Positions 56,131 through 64,000 of a stretch of DNA of 64,000 bases are shown piece by piece; position 1 is the first letter of the stretch, and each line of letters begins with the position of its first letter. Made by a program: the position numbers and the translations under genes. The DNA is taken from positions 27,404,001 to 27,468,000 of the forward strand of contig NC_083236.1 of NCBI RefSeq assembly GCF_032191835.1, in the 5' to 3' direction. Below the pieces are notes generated by a model. It was not told where the DNA came from, did no database searches, and saw only the letters and a program-made list of their open reading frames with translations. The stretch comes from Heteronotia binoei. Lineage: Eukaryota.

Positions 56131-59100
56131 GGCTGGGGGACAGCAAAAAAGCAAGATCCAGTTGCCTCCTCAGCCAGCTAGCTCTCACCTCTAGGAGCGA
56201 AGAGGAAAAAGTGCCTCTCAGCATGCTAGGGTTGCCAGCCTCCAGTTGGGGCTTGAAGATCTCTTGGAACTGGGCATCGCACCATTCTTTGCAATACTAA
56301 AACATCTGCTTTGTCTCACAGCTCCAAAATACAGATGAGCAATTATGCTTGCAAGATTAAAATGCACTAACCATCCAGTTTCTGAAGGACATATGTTAGG
56401 GATGCCATTCTTAGATAAATTGAAATTGCGGCCCATGTTCTGGTTCTGAGCTTGGTATAATGAGGCTAGAAATAAATTGATTAAACCCCTTTATGCAACA
56501 CTGGAAAGATTATCCACCAGATATTTTGGTTATTTTATTATGAATAGATTCTAGATTAGAAAACATTCTTTTAAGTAAATTTCTTATTCCAGCCATGAGA
56601 ACTCAGGCAGCCTGTAATAGGATGGCCTCCTTTGTATGGCATGCCCTGGTTCTCTGGCTTGAATTCTTCCTTTGTTCTTCTTATTACCAACTACTTTTAA
56701 CAGATACTGCTCAAGATCTGCAAGGCAGGAGATTAGAGAAAGGAAGAAAGAAAGTATCTCCAGATTACAGAGATCAGTTCCCCTGGAGAAAATGGCTACT
56801 TTGGAGAGTGGACTCCATGGCATTATATGCTGCTTTCCCAAACCCCAACCTCCATCCCCAAATCTCCAGGAATTTCCCAACCTGAAGTTGGCAGCCCTAC
56901 AAAGGGGAGAGGATGAGATTGATACAATCTAACTGACATTTACCAAATGGGCATTGTTACTAGAGTGTCGGGTTAGGATCCTGGATGTCAGGTACTACCA
57001 ATCTCTACTGCCAAGAAAGCCTGCTGGGTGACCTTGTTCAGCCTAACTCACAATGAAGGCCTGTTGTGGAGAATAAAATGTAGGAAGGAAGAACAGTGTA
57101 AGCTGCTTTGGGTCCCCATTGGGGAGAAAAGCACAATATAAATAAATGAAATAAATATACAAGCCATCGTGGCTGCTGGTCTGTCTACTATCTATTTAGG
57201 TGCCAACTATCGACTTGCTCTCCATTCTTACAAGCATCATCTTTAATCTTTCACAAACAGCCTGATTATCATGAGCATCCCTTCTTCCAACTGTGGGCAG
57301 CTGCTCAGGAATCAAGCCTCTTTGGCCAATTTTTGGAGCAGGAGCAGAAGCCAGACACAGACAGCAGGCTTCAAAAAAAGAGGACTAAAAAAGCAATCTG
57401 GCTGCTCTGTGGAGGCAGAATGTGGCACTCCTCAGGTGTTGCCTTCATTGGTGCTCCGCTGGACAGCTAGGCTGGGGGGGGTCTGGGTCAAGGAATTCAG
57501 CTTCGCACTTTCAATGGAGTACAGCTAGTACCATCTTCCTCCATCAAGAGTCTGGGTGTGATCCGAGATGCCTCCCTCTCACTGGAGACTCAGGTCATAA
57601 ATATGGCCAGGACAGTGTTTTTCTATCTTCAACAAGCGCAGCAACTGATCCCCCACCCATCCCATGCCGACCTGGCCACAGTGATCCATGCAACGGTCAC
57701 CTCTAGATTAGACTATTGAACACACCCTATGAAGGGCTACCCTTGAACTTGCTCTGGAAACTTCAGCTGATCCAGAATGTGGCAGCACAGATACGGACCC
57801 CTTTGAGAGCACATATACAACCTGTGTTCCAACAACTGCACTGGCTGCAGATTGAGTACTGAATCAGGTTCGAGATTCTAGTACTTACCATTAAAGCCCT
57901 AAATGATCTGGGGCCATCGTATCTACAGGACCACCCCTCCCTATAGACCCTTTAAATGTATTATGCTCATCATCTATTAACAACCTACAGGTAATCCCTG
58001 CCCTCAACCAGGACCATGAGACTCGAGCTCTGTGGGACTTAGTTCTGTTCTGCAGGGCCTGTAAGACCAACATGTTCCACTTGGCATATGGTTGAGAACA
58101 GTGATGGCTAGGGAGATTGGTTGGCCTCCCACCCTCCTGGCTGCCTCTCCAGCTGCCCACCTGTGATAGATTGTTTGGGGCACGATCTGAGATAATAAAT
58201 TGTCAAGTTATAAAAATAGTAGAATTTAAATTTTAATATTTAATTTAACTGTAATATTTTATGTAATTAAAAGTTGATTTTATTGTATATTTAATTGTTG
58301 GAAGCTGCCCTGCTTGCCTGGGAAAGGAGTGGGATATAAGTTAAATACATTAAATAAATAATAATTGCACCCACTGTAACAGGGCTCATTGGTGTTTTTT
58401 AAATGGAATTGTTGCTCTACACATCATTGACTTGATTTTTTTCCTCCCCAATTAGGAAGAGCCAGAAACCATTAATGAATTATCTGAGGAAGAGATCGTT
58501 CATTTTAATGTTGGTGGCTGGTGTTTCTCAGTTCCTAAAAGCAAAGTGGCCCAGTTTCCAGATTCCCTGCTCTGGAAAGAGGCCTCAACCTTGACTGAGA
58601 ATGAAAACCCAAGACTATTTATTGACCGAGATGGATACACCTTCAGACACGTCCATTATTATTTGCACACGTCCAAACTGTCTTTCTCTAGCTGTGCTGA
58701 ACTGAACCTTTTGTATGAACAGGCACTGTTCTTGCAGCTAATACCTCTTTTGCAGGTAACAACCAATTTATTGCTGCTCTCCGAAGTATAGAGAGGTGGC
58801 AGAGTCTGATGGAAATCCAGGGTGGACTGTGCTAAACACACAAATGGCACAATTCAGTATCTTCTGTACTGAGCTCCACAGACAAGGGTAGCAACTCAGC
58901 TAGGGCCACAGACTCTCCTTCCCAATTAGTATGGCCAACTTCTAGCTATCTTTTCAACTGCAAAGATGATCTGAAGCTGGAAGATCATGTTTATCTCCAT
59001 AGTATGAGGAAGTTTCACCTGCTGACCAATCTTCTTGCTATTTTCACACCAGTTATCTGCTCCAGGTTTACTATCTTGGGAAGGTTTTTTTTGTCAAAAA

Positions 59101-62100
59101 CCTCTTTCCCCATAGTATTCCTGTACTTGCTGGTACTTCTGTGACTTTTCTTCAATCTTTCCCTAATCTGCTTTGCTCGGAAAGTTTGGGCTGCCCAAAA
59201 AGCAGCCATTTTTCTCATGTGGCAACTGAATATCATACCTGTTAATGGGACAGCTCTGATCTCAAACAGAGGTCTCACTTGGAGCAAAGGTGACATGCAG
59301 CAAATTAGGAGAAAACACAGGTCAAATTGGACATCCAAGCTCAGTTCTGATATGGCCATGATGCAGTGATCAGGAGCACCCCCGTAATGTCATATGCTTC
59401 CTCCTTTTCCTTCTTCCCCCGTCACAGAAGAGTTCTCCCTTTCACTTGGTATTTGCTAATCATAATTTTTGATTTGGCAAATCATGGTTAGTTCCTGGTT
59501 CCTAACCACAGTGCAACCCCAACTTGTGAGCTATGGTTTAGAGGTTAGCACTAGCCGTAGCGCCTCTTCACACATTACTGAGTATTCAGGTTGAGTCTGA
59601 GCCTGAAGACCCAGACTTGTGTCAGATGTAACGCAATCACATGTGAGTTGTGGGTTTTCCTCAATTTCCACATGTAGTGACTGATTATGATAGGCTATCA
59701 ATCTCCAGGTGGTATTTGAAGGTCTCCTGGGATTACAACTGCCCTCCAGGTGACAATGATCAGTTCACCTGAAGAAAATGCCTGCTTTGGAATGTGAACT
59801 GTGGCATTATATCACACTGAAGGCCCTCCCATCCCCAAGCCATGGCCTCTCAGGCTCCACCCTCAAAATCTCCATGTATTTCTCAACCAGGAGCTGGTAA
59901 CTCTAGATTAAGATCAAGAGTTCTAAAATTTCAGGCACATCATCAAACATGAAGGCTTCAAACTCAGAATATTCATTCATTCATTACCAATATTGTATTT
60001 ACTTGCTGTGCAGGATGCCTCTGAAGAACCAATTCACTGTTAAAATAGCATATAGCTCATTGTTCTGTTAAGAGCATTATGTGTGCTAAAGAAATGTTTA
60101 TCTGTTCTAACAGACTTTGGACAATTTGAAGGAAGGAAAACACAACTTGCGCATCCGACCTGCTGATATACCAATAGCTGAAAGAGCATCTATGAATTAC
60201 TGGAGAACACGGAAATGTATAAGCAAGCCACCAGAATTTCCTCTGAAAAGTCCAGCATTTACTGGTAAATGTATTGTAGGCAACCACCTATGCTCAGGAT
60301 CAAAATTGTAAATCATGTTGTCTACCATTAGTGAAAATGTCCAATAACTTCTGAAAATTTAGTCAATTTGATCCAGTGGTCAACATTCTGAGGTTGAGTT
60401 CCAATCCAACCAGTTAGCAGATTTGGAACATATCAGGGCCATTTAATTTCCTTAAGCCTCAGATTCCCTCCCCCAGACAAATGACAGATATAGGACAACC
60501 ATAGACCCCACAGGTAAATTATAAACTTTTTGCATATTTAATGGTGTGTATACATTGCAAATTACCTGCCAGTAAATTTTCCCTTGCAGTGATTTCAGTG
60601 TATTTCTTTTGCATCTGCTCTGGTCTTGACTTGAGACTTGTTTAAATTTCTTAATTCATCTGCAGTATATCAGCATAATCAGTTTATGTTTGAGACTGGC
60701 ATAGTTCTGTTACCTTCTTACACAATCTTTTAAAAAGTCCCCTGGAGAGAAATTAACAGACCTGACACCGTTATCTGACAACTCTGTAATGACAATTTGC
60801 ATCTACTTAAAATTACACAGCAAACTCCGCACTGCTGATAAACCAAGTTTACCCAGCTTTGTCCATGGCACTCAAACTGGTTTGGTCCTCAGCAATCCAG
60901 ACGTCACATGAAAGCCAGTCCCTGCCCAGCCGTAACAATTATCATATGGATGAGAATGCTAGATCCTTATTCCTGCTCAGCTTTGGACTAGTTATGCATC
61001 AAGCAGAGACACAGTATGGGCAGAATAGAAGGGTCCAACATCAAACCAAGAGCTGGTAAAAATCAGAGATAAGCAGCAAATCCAGTGGGCCTGGCAGCCA
61101 CATGGTCTGAACTTGAAGACCACAATTCAGAGGATATCAGGCATAAGGTCAAGACCAGCAGGAACCAGGACGGGGGCAGTTTGTATAATAGCTAACTGCT
61201 CTGGCCGATAAGTCCAGCCTGTAGGTAGCAGTTTTAAGCCTCTAGTCTGGCTCTCAGTATACCCTTCAGCTAGTCCCCCATTCCCATTGGTTCCCTCCAG
61301 GCAGGGTGTACTTCCTCTGCTGGCCATCTGAAGCAAGCTTTTGATACTAAAGAGATTGGACCAGCAGCCAGCTCAGGGGCAGTTAGAGCAAGGCTGTATA
61401 GCTGGGTTCAGGCTCCCTGCTACTCTGTGGCCTTGCTTGGAGAGGTCATGTTCTCTCAGCCGGTCTTTCTGTTGCAAAAGGTAGGAATGGCTGTCTATCT
61501 TGCAGGATTGTTATAGAAAGAAACCTTGCAGGGTTGTTATAGGGAGAAACAAGACAAATATGGAGCATGAAATTATAAATAGTGCCTTTTCTACATGTAA
61601 TTTTGCTTTGGTGCAGAATAAGTCTTTATCTAGGCATTAGCTGAACTATTAATGTGTCTATTGCTGACTGCCTGTAGTATAATTGCCTTCTAATTTTTTT
61701 GTAATTGTTTTGCTATGCTGTTGCTAGCGTGATTTTAGAAGAATTGTAAATAGTCTTGTGCGCTTTTGTGGAAAGGCACTATATAACTCAATACATACAG
61801 AAATGAATGGTAGGATAAAATGTGGGCATCTTGAAAAGGGCGCCCACCACTGACCCATATACCAGCTGAGTGATGCTTTCCCTGCAACCAATGCAAAGAA
61901 AATATATATCAGAGCTTTGTTAGAGTAATCCTACCCCACAGTCAACTGTTTTCACAGATAGCCCCATAACATGCAATCCAGATTGCTAGTCATCCATCAG
62001 AGAGACCAGGTTTCATGCTAACATGTTCTTTTTCCCCCTGTTAGGCTTACATGAGAAAGCTCCTCTTGGATTAATGGACACACCATTATTAGATACTGAA

Positions 62101-64000
62101 GAAGAAGTGCATTACTGTTTTCTACCACTCAGCTTGGTTGAAAGATACCCTTCCCTGGTTAATGATGACAATTTACTCTGGCTGTCTGACAATTCCGTTC
62201 TGATAGAATGTGAAGGCAGTGAGTTCCGCTTCATAGGTAAACTTCTCCTTAGGAAACACATGGAATGTTGAAGAATGCAGGATGCAGTGAAAAAAGACCA
62301 TATTCCCCCCTCACTTTTAAATATTGATATTTTTATTGTTGTGACCTAGATGGCCCAGTTTTGCTTTATCTCATCAGATTTCACTAGCTTAAGCAGGTTT
62401 GGCCCTAGTTAGCACTTGGATGGGAGACCGCTAATGAAGTTCAGAGTTGGTACTCGGAGGCAAACTGCTGCTGTTCATTTCTTGCCTCGAAAACCCAATG
62501 AAGGGTTGTCATAAGTTGGTTGTGACTTGTCAGCTCTTTTCATCAGTTTTGCTATACATCCTTCTCCTGGAGCTTACAGTAGGCCCTGTACTAAGAGCCC
62601 TGTAAGCTCATGAAGGATTGGCTACATCAGGGGTGTGCGACCTAATTTGCAAAGGAGATCCTGCTACAAAAAAAGCCCTGGTGACTAGGGTTGCCAAGAC
62701 CAACTCAAGAAATATCTGGGGACTTTGAGGGTGGAACCAGGAGTCAGGTTGTGACAAGCACAATTGAGCTCTGAAGGGAGTTCTGGCAATTCCATTGGCT
62801 TTTAAATGCCTTTCCTCCATTTGGAAATAATGAAGAATAGAGGCACCTTCTTTTGAGGCTCATAGGATTGGATCGCTTGGTCCACTTGTTTTGAAACTTG
62901 AGGGGGGTGTTTTGAGGAGAGGGACCAGATGTTATGCTGAAAATTTGGTGCCTCTACCTCAAAAAACAGCCCCCCCAGAGCCCCAGATACATACAGATCA
63001 ATTCTCCATTATACCCTATGGGAATCAGTCTCCATAGGGTATAATGGAGTGCCCAGCAGACATTTCCCTCCTCCCACCCCACTTTCTGATAACCCTGAAG
63101 GACCTCCAAACTGGGGGATCCCCCGCCCCCAACTGGGGATTGGCAACCCTATCTACCTCACAAGGTGATTGTTGTGGAGAGAGGAAGGAAAGGTGATTGG
63201 AAGGTGCTTTGAAACTCCTTAGGGTGGAGAAAAGTGGGTTATAAAAACCAACTCTTCTTTGTTTCACTATGATTATTTCTCTCTCTCTCTCTCTCTTAAA
63301 CCTCCCCCCCCCCCCAAGCTAATTTTCTACGTTCAGGGAAGATTATTTTGCCTGACAACTTCTCCAACATGGAAGCTCTGGAAGCTGAAGCTGAAGCATT
63401 GGGAATCCCTGAGCTTATGGAAGCAATGAAGATCTATAGGAGTCAACCAGGTGCAATTCTTTTTACATTTTCAGTGTAAACCACCTTTCCAAGTAAAGAA
63501 GGAACCTCTTTGGGCCACGCTACATGATACATCTAATATGCTGAGTCATGGGGGTATGACTGGACTCACAGTCAGACACAAATTGGGGAGAACTCCCCTA
63601 AAAACTGCTCAGTCACTTGGCCTTGCAAAAGAGCACTGTGAGAGGAAAAGAAGCTTCCAGTCTCCATCCCACTCCACTTAACCAGTGGAAAAATGCAGTG
63701 TGATTCAAGCTCAAGTCTTCCCTGATCAGAATTCTTTGTTGTTTGTTGTTGCCTTTGTCTGTTTGTTGCCATCCATGCCTTTGTCTTCCAGAGGCCCACC
63801 CAGAGGGAACTCCCCGTTCGCAAGGCTCTGTGAAAAGCACAATACAAAAGCAGCAGAAAGCAGCTAGCCTCCCCTTGTATCCAATGGTGCTTGGTCTCTT
63901 AGTCAAATATCCTGATTCAGCTTTGGGACAGCTCCATGTGGAGAACACCCTGGATGGGAACAAGCTCTACATATCAGGAAACGGAGTTCTCTTTCAACAT
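56015..64000 (+). CDS. KCTD19: KCTD19 (BTB/POZ domain protein), exons 1-6, continues beyond window
   Basis: Exons 56015-56017 (ATG only), 58456-58755, 60114-60264, 62045-62236, 63319-63450, 63792-64000+ join in phase without stops. Motifs [34 protein letters not shown]. Confidence 0.95.
58456..58755 (+). CDS. KCTD19: KCTD19 exon 2 (first BTB domain)
   Basis: 300 bp; [22 protein letters not shown]...QLIPLLQ; attag acceptor, CAG/gtaac donor. Confidence 0.96.
60114..60264 (+). CDS. KCTD19: KCTD19 exon 3
   Basis: 151 bp; [20 protein letters not shown]...KSPAFTG. Confidence 0.95.
62045..62236 (+). CDS. KCTD19: KCTD19 exon 4
   Basis: 192 bp; [27 protein letters not shown]...SEFRFI. Confidence 0.95.
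63319..63450 (+). CDS. KCTD19: KCTD19 exon 5
   Basis: 132 bp; [16 protein letters not shown]...KIYRSQP; acceptor tract built from (CT)n plus poly-C and ending in AAG. Confidence 0.9.
63792..64000 (+). CDS. KCTD19: KCTD19 exon 6 (truncated by window end)
   Basis: Phase 1 start; [42 protein letters not shown]. Confidence 0.92.

Noticed and set aside
55448-56194. Several 100-180 aa ORFs over the CpG-rich tract
   Set aside because: Stop-poor GC-rich DNA. Only 55818-55887 (LRRC36 exon 1) and 56015-56017 (KCTD19 ATG) are supported by homology and splice donors.

Overview
Eukaryotic, intron-rich genomic DNA from a squamate reptile. A gecko is the most likely source, inferred from Sauria/Squam-type SINEs, CR1/L2/L1 fragments and abundant hAT-type MITEs. 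There are three N gaps. The ORF track is mostly noise because the genes are spliced; exons were assembled by hand from GT/AG signals and reading phase. Gene content from left to right: (1) the 3' four exons of a C-factor/sniffer-like short-chain dehydrogenase (SDR, + strand, 5' end outside the window); (2) a complete 6-exon, 257-aa paralog (+, 13987-29416); (3) LRRC36 (- strand, 37236-55887); (4) KCTD19 exons 1-6 (+, intact, running off the right edge), head-to-head with LRRC36 with only 127 bp between the start codons. The main finding is that the LRR-coding exons 2-3 of LRRC36 carry three separate frameshifting lesions and premature stops, while the distal exons can still be spliced into an open ~470-aa LRR-less product. 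Other notable items: a possible 213-bp in-frame cassette exon bounded by a 10-bp direct repeat in SDR paralog 1; a 139-bp near-perfect inverted duplication and a ~560-bp fold-back insertion with a 15-bp target-site duplication (TSD) in SDR paralog 2 introns; and Thr at the catalytic Ser position of paralog 2. Comparisons to human LRRC36/KCTD19 and Drosophila sniffer, and repeat family names, are from recall and not from database searches.
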